Shown: positions 25,837-39,796, numbered from the whole stretch's first letter. The stretch is DNA of 63,984 bases, filler included, from Syncephalis fuscata S228 (GCA_025786725.1; 5 parts of 5 records of this genome joined end to end with filler, not necessarily neighbours in it); one strand, 5' to 3'. Made by a program: numbers and translations. The notes: generated by a model from the sequence alone, not told the origin.

Positions 25837-28126
25837 TTAAACGGCACGATGCGTACCACGCTCCTTGCCGCTTTCCATCTTCGCCGTACGTGCACCAAAT
25901 TGAATTGCCCGCTTCCATCGGGTACTAGTTTCCTTTAGACCCAATTCACAAACCGCCATGGTTCGTAGTAAAAGCTTCTCACCTACACCACGCGGCAAAT
26001 GAGGATTGATCTTCAAATGAATTGGCAGTGAGCACGCATAGCTTATGACACTTTCGTCCAAGAACGGAAACCGCACCTCGCGTGCTCTATCCGATATCAC
26101 TCTATCGTCACGGCCTATCCATTACTTACTAGTTAACATTTGGTTATGTATATTATTTATTTAGCTTACCTAAATTACGTGACGATATTCGATCTAGATC
26201 TAATTGAACCTACATATAATATTAATAAACCATTCATAACATATATGCACTGCTTTAACTTGCCTCTTCTATTAAACTATTCCAACCGTTTCGTCGCCAT
26301 GCTTCTCTATGGCGTGTATAGCCAGCAAATAGCTCATCAGCCCCTAGGCCACTAAGCAATACCGGACATGGACTATTATATGCTACGCGTACTGTGTCTT
26401 CTTTATCATCAACGCAAACTGATTCAGCAATGCTACCATTGCCTCCAGCAGCAAACCATAATGCCATGGCAATACTCTAATCATCTATTAACAGCTATTT
26501 TAATCGACGACTCCTTTCTTACCATATCCATAAGCGTACTGGCAGGCGACATTAACCGTGCAATATGGGGTTTGGCCGCACAAGCATCGGCATAAGGCAC
26601 ATTAACTTCGACAAACTGCCAACATCGATCCGGCCGCAATTGTCTAGTGTTATTACCGTAAGTGATCTACTCTAACCATTCATCGTACTACCTACCGTAG
26701 CTCAGCAAGACCACATCGACCTGTTTTCCGATCTGGTACATCATAAGCGGCTGCCGTATGATTTTTATTTAAAGTGCGTGGATTTTCAAACGCAACATTG
26801 ATCAAATCAATCGGTTCACCGGCCGGCACATGACGATCCGCCAACATAGCCAAACACATGCAGTCAATACCTCCAGAAAATAGAATTCCTAGTCGTGCTC
26901 CGTCCTGACTACTATATCATTAACTCTGGTACAATAGCATTATTATTTTACCACTTACACATGAGGCGGTATACCGATGACTCGACAGCTAACTGCCTCT
27001 GACAGTAACTGTGCCAGATTTAATTGGATTGGTTCCAATATATCCATGCACTCTGGACTATCCCAAGGCAACACTTCTTCGCTCACCAATGACAAGTCTC
27101 CATCAGTAGGCAACACTTTATTGAGTCTATAAAATGGTAATGGCTTATATTACCGATTAACTAATTATAATCAACCATCTGTAACTACTTACCAAATAGT
27201 TGACACTATCAGGCTGTATCAAGTCTGGCGATATCCATTGAGTGAGACGCATCGCTTGACAAATAGTCATCGATGGCTCAAATAGTAATGGTAAATGAAT
27301 TGAAAAAATACCCGATGCTGGCACTTCAGTAGCATATTCATTAGGCTGTATTTTACCATTCATATCGTCTTCTACTTCATTTAATGCATCAGCATCTGTA
27401 TTCACTGGTCCAAGTCCAACTGAAGCTAGCGTAAGATGTGCCACATCTTTCTCTTCACGATAACGCCATAGTAACGATCGTCGACCCAAACAATCACGCC
27501 CAAACCATAGACGCTGCTCTTTTGCCTAACCAAACCAACCAATTGATATATGCCATCTAAATTATCCATTCATTTATCAACTTCATTACCTACTTGATAA
27601 TAAACAAATCCATATGGCCCACGAATGGTGTGCATCACAGATAATGGACATTGACTTGCTGCAAGTGCCTTTAACAAGCATACACCGTCATTCCTATTGC
27701 CAATCTATATATTATTATAGTCCAATTAGAATACATAAACCCGTATACTCATCTACTTACTTCAAGTCCTCCAAATACCTCGCCATTCCAACATAGCACA
27801 TTGCCTTGCTCATCCACTATTGGTTGCTGTGTTGTTTCTGGTCCTCTTAAATGAAGTGTTGCACCCATAAAATGCAGCTTTATGCTAGATGCAGTATCTA
27901 AGGCGGCCACTTCGTTCTCTATCCTACATGTATGCTCGCCAATAGCATCGGGGCCTTATAGTATCCATATTAATTAATATATACTTGTTCGATCTTTGTA
28001 TTTCAAATTACCACGTCGTCGATTATCCTCGGCTAGTTGCTGCCATTCCTTAGCCGTCTCGCTAGATTGGTCGGAATCTACCGCCACTACCGTGCCTACT
28101 TGCAACGTAAATACGATACCGCACAT
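25837..28126 (-). CDS. ASNSD1: Asparagine synthetase domain-containing protein 1 (YML096W-like), multi-exon
   Basis: MCGI start (Ntn Cys), [78 protein letters not shown]. Confidence 0.93.
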
Positions 28127-28280
28127 ACGAACAAGGAAATCAAGAAAGTGTAACCGTACTGGCTCAAAATATTTCTTTCATCTTCACTCTTGTTCATCCT
28201 AACTTTTTCCTTTCAATTTAACTGCTATACGCAATTTATTGTTAGTATCCATTGAATATATATATATATATGGTTCAAGT

Positions 28281-29489
28281 ATGCAATCAATATCCTCAGA
28301 AAATGGAGATTCGAGTCGATTGGCTATTGTAGAAGTAGCCTCGCAGCTTAATGAACTACGCATTAATGCTACTGAATTCATACCAACCTTCTCCTTGTCA
28401 GGTAGGCTTGACCTAACGGCAAACCGCCCTACCACCACCTGTGACTGACTAATCAACCTCTAAAGAAGGAGAGCCGTTGTTTATGTCGTCGTCGGCAGTG
28501 CCACAACAAAGTACAGAAGCGGTAATGGCAGTATCTGGAGAAATACTCCCTTCTAATAGTTTATTAAAGACATGGGAAACAGATACCACTTGGAAGCGTC
28601 CAAGCTATACGTTGGGCTTCACTAATACTGGATCGTCAGCAGCTGTAGTGCCAACAAAGCATACCGATGATACGGAACAAACCTTTGACTCTTTTGTCGT
28701 TGATTTGACGCGAAATCTGCTCGAATTAACGGAAATTGAAGACGAAAAGGACAGACAGTACCAGAATGAAGTGTCAAATGACGCTAATAGCCCCGTAATA
28801 GACGCTAGTATGGATTGTCCAGCAGTGGATATATCCATAGTAGAACCAGAGACATTGAAACAAGATCCATTTGAGCCAGAAAGTATGTCTCCATTCCAGT
28901 TATTACAGGCTGTCTTTTATGACCGACCAGACGAGAGTATTACTCGATTACTTGAAGATAATAATTATGATGTTGAGGCAGTATTCTCTTCTATTACAGG
29001 TATTATACCTGGTAATGGCAGTGCTGCATCTAATAAAGATTCAGAAGAGTCGACTGAACGACGATTACGTCGACGAGAAGCGGATAAACTACGTGGCAAT
29101 CAAATATGTCGGCATTTTTTAGATGGTGGATGTTTCAGGTCTGATTGCTGGTATAGTCATGACTTGGATGCATTTCTATGTAAATTTTGGATACGTGGTC
29201 AATGTCTGAATAGTCAATGTCCATTTCTACATGGTGTAGATGAACAAGTGGCTGCACGCTTTCTTTCCTCGCAAGGTTGGAATGATGACGATGAAAGCGG
29301 TATTTATGGTCATAATGGCAGTAGACAATCTGCACAAAAGCCACCAGATATGTCGGATTTTCCACAGCTTGTAGCGTCAGATACAAAGGAAAAGACATCA
29401 AGTAAAAAATTAGCGAATAAGAAAAAGAAGCCATTAGAATTTTCTAAAGCTATTTCAAAACCTGCTACATTAATAACTAATAATAATGA

Positions 29490-29527
<38 letters not shown>

Positions 29528-30177
29528 ATAGCTGCAACAATAATAGTAACAATATTGCTTTGAATGTAGGCTATTCAATTAATGTTACTTATGAATCAAG
29601 CAACAATACCGATACCGATCATTATGGTGATGATTTTCGCTATGGTAGTCGATCACTTGCGCATCCTGGCCTACTCCATCGTGCAATACCACTTCCCCGT
29701 TTAACGACAGGTGACAGTGTAGCTGCACTTTATTATCAGTATCGTCGTGAAGCTACACTACAATATCGTACCCGGTCAGCCTATCTACACCGGGCCCATG
29801 AAGCCTATCGACAAGGCAAATACGCCATGGCCAAACGCTTTTCCCTATTAGGTCAGGGACATAACGCTGAAATGACTAAATACCACCGAATGGCGGCAGA
29901 GCAGATATTCTCTGCACGTAATCAGCCAGGTCGTGAAGCGATCATCGATTTACATGGCCTACACGTCGATGAGGCGGTCTACTTTTTGGATGCGCGTCTT
30001 TGGGATCTTGAAGCGGAAAATACACGTCGCTGTTTCGTATTTACCGGCTCAGGTCGCCATTCAGCGGGTCGGGCTAAACTTCTTCCTGCCGTATTAGAAT
30101 ACCTAGTTGATGAAGGATTTAACGTGGCCGACTGTTCACCCGATCGACGTGGTGGCATGTTAATTGTGGAATGGTAA
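28281..30177 (+). CDS. PAM2 + CUE-like + 2x CCCH zinc finger + DUF1771 + Smr domain protein (intron 28402-28465)
   Basis: LRINATEFIP (PAM2), CRHFLDGGCFRSDCWYSH and CKFWIRGQCLNSQCPFLH, AHEAYRQG..A.AKRFS..G (DUF1771), IDLHGLHVDEA and FTGSGRHS (Smr). Confidence 0.9.
29491..29527 (+). repeat. (AGT)12 microsatellite encoding poly-Ser
   Basis: Seen directly. Confidence 0.95.
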
Positions 30178-30252
30178 TAAAACAAAATAAAATAAACAGA
30201 AATGTAAATGAATTATAAAGTGATTGTTATTGTTATTATTATTTAAACCAGT

Positions 30253-32373
30253 TTATTCATAGCTAATGGTATTGATCATAGCAAAAAGTCGCTCATCAAT
30301 AGCTTGAATACCACTGGGACGTGCATCTAGTGTGATACGTTTCTGATCTATATCAATATAACTAGCAATGACCGTATTCATCATTTTTCTATAATAATCT
30401 AAACGTTGATCCCTATGATGTAGTTGATAAAGGGCAATGGCCATAACGGCAAGTTGTTGTCGTTTACCGCGTAGTTCAGTCGTCGATGATCGATCTGTTA
30501 ATAGATCAGCTTCATAGGCATGTAATCGTGGCAGTGGCACCGTTGTCGATAATGAGGACAACATTGATGATGCATTAAACATAATAGGATCATTAAGCAG
30601 TGTTAATGCATCATTATATCGTTCATTCCGTATAAATAATACAGCAATATAAATGTCTGATAGAAATCTACAAATGATTAAATTATTACATTAGTTAATA
30701 TTATAAATCAATACTTACTTTATACGCTTTGCTGCTGTCTTTGCCTCTTCCTCTTCCTTGTCATCGCCCGTTAACCACTCCGTATCAATGTCAATAAACT
30801 GTCTCAACAACAGTTTGGCCATAACATAATCTTGTCTTTGTAATTCACACCATGACCATGCCAATAGACCATAGGCATAGGCCAGACGGTATCCCATAGG
30901 TATTACATCTAAATAACTGATCAAGTAATTTGTTTCATTACTTTCTAACACTCTATTGACTTCGTGTATCAGTGTCACTAAATATTGACGAAAGCATCCA
31001 GCAGCATATTCCAATGAATAAGATGTTTCGTCGGATACTCTACTCAATAGTAAGTAGCTATAAATTAAATAGGATAACAACTTACACTATGGTAAATTCA
31101 TCTTCTAACCAATGTATAATATTTTGCTGTCTATTCGATATTTGTCGGTCTGGTTGACGCTGACTTGTATCCTAGATTGACTTTAATACGTCTATTCTTA
31201 TTTAATAGTTTATATTTACCTTGTTGTCTACATGTAAATAGATAATGCCCTCTCCTAACATTAACCAATAAATAGATGATACTGGTTGATGTCTATTCAA
31301 CCGCCGATTGATTTGCGTTTCTATTTGATATACAGATGCGGTAGTGTTTCCAGTAAATAGTTGTATTAAACATTGGTTAATTAGTGTTGCTTCTTCAAGA
31401 GAACAGCAGCCATGTCGTATTGGCTGGCCTATTAGCTAGTTAGTATTTACATCTATATACTGCCATTGATCCAACGGTATAACCTACTATGATTTACCGC
31501 TAACAGTTGCTTATCCTCTACATCACTATGATCTTTTTCACTCTCTTTTAATAATTGAGCTGCTTGACTAAACGCAAATGAAGCAAGCCCCCATTTACTC
31601 TGTTCAAAATACATACAGCCACGGGCATTCTGATCCACTGCCTTACTATCAGCAGTATCGGTATGCCAAGCAACTAAATCATACGCGGTATCTGTTTGAT
31701 AGCATGCCATAGCCAATTGAGAGCGTAAATGCCAATGAGCTACACCAAGTACCCGGCCATTGCTTTCCTGTTCATCGGGAATAGATAATTGTAATAAACT
31801 ATTAACAGCATCCCATTTACGACCTGATGCCAATTGAATACGCGCCTCATACAAATGGTAGATAATGTCATAGAATGATTTAGCATCGGATGGTGCCGCA
31901 ACGGCATCTAACTCGCTCAAATTAAGCTTTTGAAAGTATTCTACTGCTTGTTGAATATTCCGCGTGCCAAGAAACAAATCAAGCGCTAATAGTACGGAAG
32001 AAGTCTCCAGTCGAGACTCGGCCTTTCTACCGGTAAAGCACAGTGATTGCAATGCTTCAAGCGCTTTTTGTGGCTGATTTGCATAAAAATAGTAGACTGA
32101 TTGGTTGAACTGTGCAATGAACGCCGCGTTAGTACAAGGCTTGCCCTTAGGAATCGACTCATGGATATCTAGCCATTGCGCAAAAGACGTGCTATAGATT
32201 TGTTGAGCGGCATACCACTGCGCAACAACAAGATTATGCTTTACTACGTCATTGCCGCCACTGAGTAGTGAATCTAAGCTTGTAAGCAACTTGACCGCCC
32301 GCTCATACTCTCTTAAACGAAAAGCAACCGTGGCCTCGAGAACGAGCTGGCGCGACTGACTAGACACAGACAT
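30253..32373 (-). CDS. CNOT10: CCR4-NOT subunit 10-like TPR protein, multi-exon
   Basis: AF..REYERAVKLL..L...VVKHNLVVAQWY, FNQSVYYFY..QP.KAL, NARGCMYF..SKWGLASFAFSQA and SLEYAAGCFRQYL recall CNOT10 segments (recalled consensus, not searched). Confidence 0.65.
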
Positions 32374-32639
32374 TAGTTGAAGGAGCAATAAACAAATGAG
32401 AATGAAAAGGCCATTTACTGTAACGTCAGCTTTCCCTCTCAATATATGAGCACTTTATTTAGTATCTTTAACCACTATTTGGTATACAGAACACGTTCTA
32501 CCATATACATATATATATCATACATAAAAATATAATGAATAAATAGTTAATCAACTAAATCATCTAGTCCATTAAATAAATAATTACCAATATAATATAC
32601 ACTATGATGAATATACAAAAAAAGCTTATGATTAACACT

Positions 32640-32790
32640 GATGAGGTTATAGTGCAATAAGTAAATTGAGTAAAGTTTATTGAAATATATAATAAATAGA
32701 ATGTGTCTAGTATATCATAGAACAATATAGATATGTGAATATTAGCGTTAACGATATGGATAGATAGTAAATATGCATACTGAATAATAA
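32640..32790. repeat. Degenerate fragment of family B element
   Basis: ttgaaatatataataaatagaatgtgtctagtata and atatgcatactg match 8030-8135. Confidence 0.6.
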
Positions 32791-33818
32791 ATTAAGTATT
32801 TTGTACACATAATATAACGAATTGTAATATGCTTCAGTAAATCAATGACATGCCAAAGCTACTGAAGACTCTACTGGTATGCTTGTTATAACAAAGTTAT
32901 CTATCTAAAATATGCTAAATAATAAAACATTTATTAAAAATGGCCGTATTTATAATATTTATAATAAAATAAACAGAATATCATGATGGAAAGCAGCATT
33001 ATGGTACAAACATCATGCTAAGCAATTGATACATATATGTATACTCATCCAATAATACACGAAAGCAGCGGCAGTTGTAATTATATTTGCCAATAAACAT
33101 TATCATTGCTGGTGTCTTTGTGCATCGTTAAATGAGTATGCAGAGGTATGTTAACTGTTTAGTATGGAATTTATATAATAATGTCAACACAGACCCTTGT
33201 AATGACTACTGCACCGATGCAATCAACGATGCAGAGTATTGAGTCTAATGTATATGTCTGTACATCAACTGCCATACATACTATTTTATCGGTATGCTAT
33301 ATTACAAACTCCATACTACTACTTTTTTTGTTGTGCTACTGTATATACATTGATTATAGATATTAAAAATATGGTCACTTTTTATAACTAGTTTAACATT
33401 TAGTATACTTTTGAATAAATAATTTTATTGTAATATCAATGCTAATAGAGTTCCTAGTAGCTGTATTATGTCATTCAGCTATTTAAGTTGAACTAGCTTA
33501 TTAACCCATTACAATTTGTTGCATTATACATAGCTACATGCACATTAGTCATTTTAATAACAATCCTATTGTTCTGTCTGATTGTTTTATTTATGCTTAG
33601 GCTATTATATTAATACTAAACAATATATTAGCAATTCAGTATAACTTTAAAGTTAAATGATTACAATTAATAATGTTTGTTATATTAAATTACACATTTG
33701 TTCTATTGATCATAAACCTAAATAGTGAGTGACATCAAGGCTTAAAATTATTATTATCATAAATTTGTTATCCATTATGCATACATAATCCCCATTATAT
33801 ACTTTGCTGTTATACATT

Positions 33819-33918
33819 NNNNNNNNNNNNNNNNNNNNNNNNNNNNNNNNNNNNNNNNNNNNTTAATTAATTAANNNNNNNNNNNNNNNNNNNNNNNNNN
33901 NNNNNNNNNNNNNNNNNN
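33819..33918. other. Assembly gap / artificial linker
   Basis: N-run with central TTAATTAATTAA. Confidence 0.98.
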
Positions 33919-34487
33919 TATTGAATCAAAAACAGTCCAAATTCTGTAATAAAATATAAAAGCATTTGTTGAGCTATTACAATGTTAGTGTGTATTAAAT
34001 AATCAAATATGCACTTAATACTTTTATTTGCACATTTCTTGGCTTTACATTTGGAAATGTAGCAACATCATTTGTAATAGATTTAGTAATAAATTTAATA
34101 TTATTATTACCAGAATTATATGAACAATTATCAAAATGTATAATATTGTACTGGGTAATCTTTACTAGGTCAGTTTTCTGTTTTTTAGCAGTCAAGACAA
34201 ACTGACATTTGTTGCTGGAACGGTCTTCGTAAGGCCAAACAAGCTGTAATCTTGTTGAATCGCTACTTTTCCTCTTAAAATTGCAAACGTTGACAAGTTT
34301 AAGCTTGTTAACAGCGGCCCTCAGTTTTTCAATACTGTTAAATATAGCTTTTGAATAGTTTAGTAGACATTTGACATATTTTTCAAAGCGGTGTATTTAA
34401 TAAATAAAACTTAAAAACAGTTTATTTTTATTTATTAAATTTATTATGGTAAAATTTAAAAACGGTGTATTTTCCTAATTTTCCCTA
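33919..34487 (-). mobile_element. Mutator-like (MULE) element, 5' end with TIR; remainder in gap
   Basis: 33919-34375 is a near-identical reverse complement of 42655-43113. The terminus reads GGGAAAATTAGGAAAATACACCGTTTTTAAATTTTA inward from ~34485. Confidence 0.7.
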
Positions 34488-34488
34488 T

Positions 34489-37400
34489 TATATAAATTCC
34501 ATAAAGCATTATAGGAGAGAGGGAGGAGAGAGGGAAATAATAACAATTAATACGATTACTACTATCTATCTGGGATGTATAATATTAACAAATCATCTAT
34601 CCAATAAATAAATAAATCATAATTATTATCTACTGGATCCATGTGTCATTTTATCAAGGTGTTCAATTTCTAGTAATCGTTCTGTTGCTAGAATAATCCG
34701 TTCCATATAATCGTGACAATTATGCCATACTGCTAGACGGCCAAGTGGAGTTACTTGTTGTGATAGCGTTGTGGATATGTCTGCCGAGTTGACATCGTCA
34801 TTTGACTCTTCTATAATAATATGTTCACTTGATACTTTTCGTATCGCATCAGCAAATGAATACGATGGCATTAAAGCAGCCGACATTGATCCTTTGTTAT
34901 TAATATTATAGTGGCTATTATTGGAGTCATTGCTATTACTACTACTATTGTTACTACGGCTATTTGATATATCAGATGAAAACTTTGGTATATTAACGGA
35001 TGCACGGGCCATGGCTTTTAGCGTACGGCGCATCTGACGTGCTGCCTCTAATACTTCGTTCATTGCTTGTTCTCGTTCTGCCGTCTTTGATGTTGCGGTT
35101 GCTTTTGTTGCTGCTTCTGCTGCTGCTTCTACATTTAGCTCTGCTTGGGATGAATTTGAGCGTTGTACTGCATCTCCTATTGATTCGTTTGAATTAGTCT
35201 CGGTCATGCGTACTTGAGCGTTATTTCTTCCGTTAGGTGCGCCACTACGTCGTAATATCTTCTCAACTCGTAGGATGTGTTGTGTGACATAGTCACTACG
35301 CATCTGAGATATGACTAAACCACAATAGGTCATACAGGCCAGGCCAGTAATACAAAATAATATAAACATGACCTCACCAATATCAGATGTGGGTACAAAA
35401 TCACCAAATCCTATAGAATACAATAGATACATCAATAAATACTAATAAATACTATTAGTGTAACTTACCGATGGTCATGATGGTAATAGAACAAAAATAG
35501 AAACTATCCATGTAGGCCCAGTTTTCAGTGTGGGCAAATACAAATGTATGAATTACACTACAGCATAATTAATTAGTAATTGAACTAAACATATTGGTAT
35601 ATACAGTATACTTACATACAAATGATTAGGCTAGATAAAGAAAAATACAGCTTTCTTACTATCTCGCTGCCTTGAATGTCGTCCTTTTCCCTTCTGGCAT
35701 CGTCTACCGATCCATATACATCAGTATAGTCTGTCGGTGCTGTTTCAAGTGGGTGGGATGTTGAATCGGTGTCATTAACCGGATCCAGTTCTCGCATGAC
35801 TGCACGTTGTCGACGTTCATAGCGACGACGACGCATTTCAGTAATACGAGTTTCTGTTTCTCGTCGAATATTGTCCAAAACCATAGTGGCAAACGAGTTG
35901 ATCAGCATACCGAGTAAAGCGACGCCCATAAAGGCAAATATAATGCATACTATCTTGCTGCCTACAGATGTTGGTGCCAGATTACCAAATCCCACCGTAG
36001 ACATGGTCACTGGTAGGTACAATAGATTGTGAGTGATTGTAAAACACGCTATATGTTACAACTTACCTAGACCAAAAAATAGACTAGATAGATAGGGCCA
36101 GCCTTCCAAATACATAAATACCATAGAACCAAGTGCCCACCAAAGAACAGTAGCAACTATTGTATTAATGAATAAACGTTCTTTATGTGACAGTCCACTG
36201 CCTATTCATTCAATAGTATTAGCATGTATATACATATATGAGAATCAATCGCTGATGTCCATCCTACCTTTCAAATCATATCTTCGTGCGTGATAAACAT
36301 CATAAACGAGAATACCAAAAACAAAGCCTGACAATGCTGTATCAGCAATGCACATAATCCATTCACTAGTATATGAGATGATTGAGTCCTGCTCTACATT
36401 AGGTATCATAAAACGGTGTGCTACAAGTGCCGCCGTACTTAGTAATACTAGGTAGTACAACATCAGGTGATTTGCTTTGGTAAATGGTACATGATTACTA
36501 ACCTCGAAATCCCGAAGCTACAGTAGTAATAAGGGTCATAAGACGAGGACGGTAGAGTAGGAGACGAGCATAAAGTGCAACATTGGACATGACGGCTAAA
36601 ACGAGACTAATGGCCATAAGTGTAGTGACCGCTATAGAGCATATATTAGCGAACTACTACAACAAATAATGTAAAATAGTATTGGCTCATTACTTACCGG
36701 TAGGCTTGCGTATGTCCCTAGTCAATCCACCTTTTGTTTCGCGCTCCCACTTGTCGACTACAGCAGGCACTGCCATAAGTACCGTAAATGGCATTAGAAC
36801 ACCTGCCAGCAGTATGTAGCGCCGTCGAGTCCGGTATTCGGGGAGATGCACGACAGTTGGTGACTGTAATGCCTGCGACGAATACGTCTCCCCATGCCGT
36901 AATTGACTAGTAAGAATGTGCATGCTGACGCTAAAGAAAATGCATATAATTTAACAAAGAATACTGCGTAATGCAATCAGTTTAACTGAAAGGGAAATAC
37001 AAAAAAGTAAAGATCCCAAAATGGTGTGTATGAGTGTGTATTTGAGTCTGTGTATTTTGCGTGTGTATTTGACTGTGTGTAGAAATGTAGAAATTGAGTG
37101 GTTGTATGAGTGTATTAGCAATAGTCGATAGCTGTTCTTGTAACTTCATTATATATTGTATCTGCCTGGCATTTGTAAACGGACCTCTAACACTCCGTTG
37201 ATCCCTGATATTGTCGCGGTGACTCCTCTCTAGTTCTCTTACTTGTAATTCTAAACTATTCCCCGGCTATTTTACTTGATCATTTCATCCAATCAGCTAT
37301 ACGGGGATGTTAACGGAAAAATGGGATGGCATGCGGCAAATATCATACACAACTAAGGTAGAAATGGCCTTTGCTTATTGGTTACTATGTATAGACAAAT

Positions 37401-37728
37401 AAATTAATATTAGTCCTCATAGTTGTTATAATATTTGCTGGTTTGATATTTAATAAAATTGAGTATATACATTGTTAATGGTCAATTAAAATCGCCAAGA
37501 AATAAGGAAGATCACTTGGATGCACGGTCTAGTTGCACAACCATTTACATCATTAGTATTAGCATCATAATAAACATAGCTGGAATGGATTTATGATTAA
37601 AATCAATATATCAATGATGCACTCCAGGCATGGATTTTCCTACGACCTGCATATGAATATATCAATAGAATGATGTTCATGGCTAAGCTAATTGCATCAT
37701 CAAGTATACTAAAAGTACGATTTCTTTA
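34489..37728 (-). repeat. Left arm of ~3.2-kb inverted segmental duplication (partner 43896-47128)
   Basis: Reverse-complement alignment by eye; ends tatataaattccataaagc and aaaagtacgatttcttta match the partner's ends. Confidence 0.97.
34626..36923 (-). CDS. TOK1-like two-pore-domain outward-rectifier K+ channel, copy A (7 exons)
   Basis: Two pore loops, TMSTVGFGNLAP and TIMTIGFGDFVP, preceded by about four extra hydrophobic segments (8-TM TOK architecture); six GT-AG introns. Confidence 0.9.
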
Positions 37729-37788
37729 TTATTATTGTATACATAGCAAAAGAATAGACGGTCGTTTTGCTAGCTTGTAAATGGAAAA

Positions 37789-38262
37789 TTATCCACTAAT
37801 GTTAACATCGGCGCATTGTTCGTAATGCTCGATGGTGGTGACTAACTGTGCGGCGTCCCATTCCCAACGTAGTACTTTGCGTCCATTGATGTCGCTAGGA
37901 ATATTGACGGTCCATGGTCCGGTTTGTCCAGGAGCAGCGCAATTATCCTTGTCAGCAATTTTTCGTGGATTGCTTAAATTTTCGTCCAAAATATAGACCG
38001 AACATTTGCCAATATGTGGTGCAGGGATTTCGAATTGCAAGGTTACAGTATGACCAATATCGGTTACGATACCGGGTGGCTCGCCACGACACAATTGGCC
38101 GCCGACATTAGGACTCTTCAGTGCGTCAACGTCACTATCCTTCTTTTCGATACCACGGGGCGGAGGATAGGACATATAGCCGTGACTGGCAACGCCAGAA
38201 ATGTTAATGGCAGCCAATGCCAAGACGCAAGCGGCCAAATAAGAGGAAATAGAGAAAGTCAT
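37789..38262 (-). CDS. Small secreted LPMO-like (histidine-brace) protein
   Basis: Signal peptide ending GVAS then HGYMSYPPPR (His1), PAPHIGKC (second His), VLRWEW and EHYEQCADV (Tyr/Cys terminal strand); intronless. Confidence 0.8.
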   Translation of the reverse strand: MTFSISSYLAACVLALAAINISGVASHGYMSYPPPRGIEKKDSDVDALKSPNVGGQLCRGEPPGIVTDIGHTVTLQFEIPAPHIGKCSVYILDENLSNPRKIADKDNCAAPGQTGPWTVNIPSDINGRKVLRWEWDAAQLVTTIEHYEQCADVNISG

Positions 38263-39142
38263 TGTGATAATCATAAAAATTGGTAGTCAAATCGATAAAC
38301 GATTGATAATAGAATATGCTGGAAAATAAAGCAAATTGCTGTAATTGGTAAAGTATTTTTTGAAATTCACTCGAATAAATCATCTCTTTTATAATTGAGG
38401 CAAACAATGCAAGAACATTTCAAGTACAATATTAGATGAAGTATCATTTTCTACGCATATGGTTTCACGCGTAGCAGCTGACACTCCGATCAATGCAATG
38501 CTGTTTATAATGAATAAAACTTGCTTACAGATGGTTTCATTAAACTTTCCCTGCTCTAAACCCGATATTGAAATGCCGCAATTGCTGAAAGCAGTACCGG
38601 ATCCAGTGTTTTATTAGTTGTTTGATGTTGTAAATTATAAACAAAAACATATGATTTGAGATATTTTGCATAATACTAGCAATAGATTACAAATGTTGTT
38701 TTAATACTTTTTGGCAGTAAAACACTTGCCCAATATTCAGCATTATCATGTCTCTTAATCGGCTTAAAAACAAAATATCAATGTAGATAGCACTTATTCT
38801 AACGTGACATGGCATGATTTATCAATAACAACTATTATATTTTATTATTTTGTTTGAATAACTGTCTTGTGGACCAACAACAACTAATAATGATTTTCAG
38901 ACACTTAAATACTTTGTTGGCTATTTACCAATAGAATTACACTCCAGAATTCTAACTGATCTTTTTAAGTCCATAGCTTTTATTATCAACATTACTTGCA
39001 TTACATGAGTTCAAAATACACTATTACGATAGCCATCGTATTTATTTATTTCAACAGTACGCAAGAATTCAAATAATGCTTATTTTATTTATTTAAAATA
39101 AACAAGACAAAAGCTGTTTGTTGTCTACGTATAAAATGATTA

Positions 39143-39652
39143 TTATAGACTATTGGGTATAAAATATTGCCGTTCTTCCGTATGGTTACATTTTCTCACT
39201 TTAAGAGAAGAATCGCTTCGTTCCAAGCAATCGTAAGTCTTTTTTGGATCTACTGTAGACTTTGATGGAAAGATTTTCCAACGACCGTCATGACCATTTG
39301 CATTTATCTTCTCAAACTGCCATTTTTGCTCTTCTTTGCCGATTACGCAGTTGGCCACAGTCACACTCCCGCCCGAACCATATTCAAGGCACTTGCCTGT
39401 ACCACTATGCTTGAGTGTGACAAACGCCGAATTTCTAGGAACTGGTGTTTTCGTCCATGTATATTTTTCTTTAGTATCAGCATGGTTTGGATACAAGTAT
39501 GGAGCTTGTCCTGCTACACCAAAATAATGGCTTTTAAACATAGAATTACCCGCATAAATTTCACCAGGTATGATCTTGATTTCTTCGCCAAGTGAAGCTG
39601 GGATGGCAGTGACCAGCAGGGCAGTAGCGACAAGAGTTGGTAAAAGTTGCAT
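39143..39652 (-). CDS. Secreted ricin-B/beta-trefoil lectin-like protein, copy 1
   Basis: Signal peptide; LKHSGTGKCLE, CVIGKEEQKWQF, DCLE..VRKC...RQYF (QxW-type repeats). Confidence 0.8.
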   Translation of the reverse strand: MQLLPTLVATALLVTAIPASLGEEIKIIPGEIYAGNSMFKSHYFGVAGQAPYLYPNHADTKEKYTWTKTPVPRNSAFVTLKHSGTGKCLEYGSGGSVTVANCVIGKEEQKWQFEKINANGHDGRWKIFPSKSTVDPKKTYDCLERSDSSLKVRKCNHTEERQYFIPNSL

Positions 39653-39796
39653 GGTTTCTAGTAGTGACGAATAAATTGTATTGGACCTAATGATATCTCA
39701 CTGAGATATTTATTGGTAAAATATGTATAGCTGAATAAATGAGTAGTTGCAATGATTAATGTTGCAAATAAGCACTTAGCTGTGGTAGTTTATATA
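39564..39796 (-). repeat. 233-bp inverted repeat (TATA box, 5' UTR, signal peptide); partner 40994-41226
   Basis: tatataaactaccacagctaagtgcttatttgcaac...atcatacctgg is shared at high identity. Confidence 0.95.
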
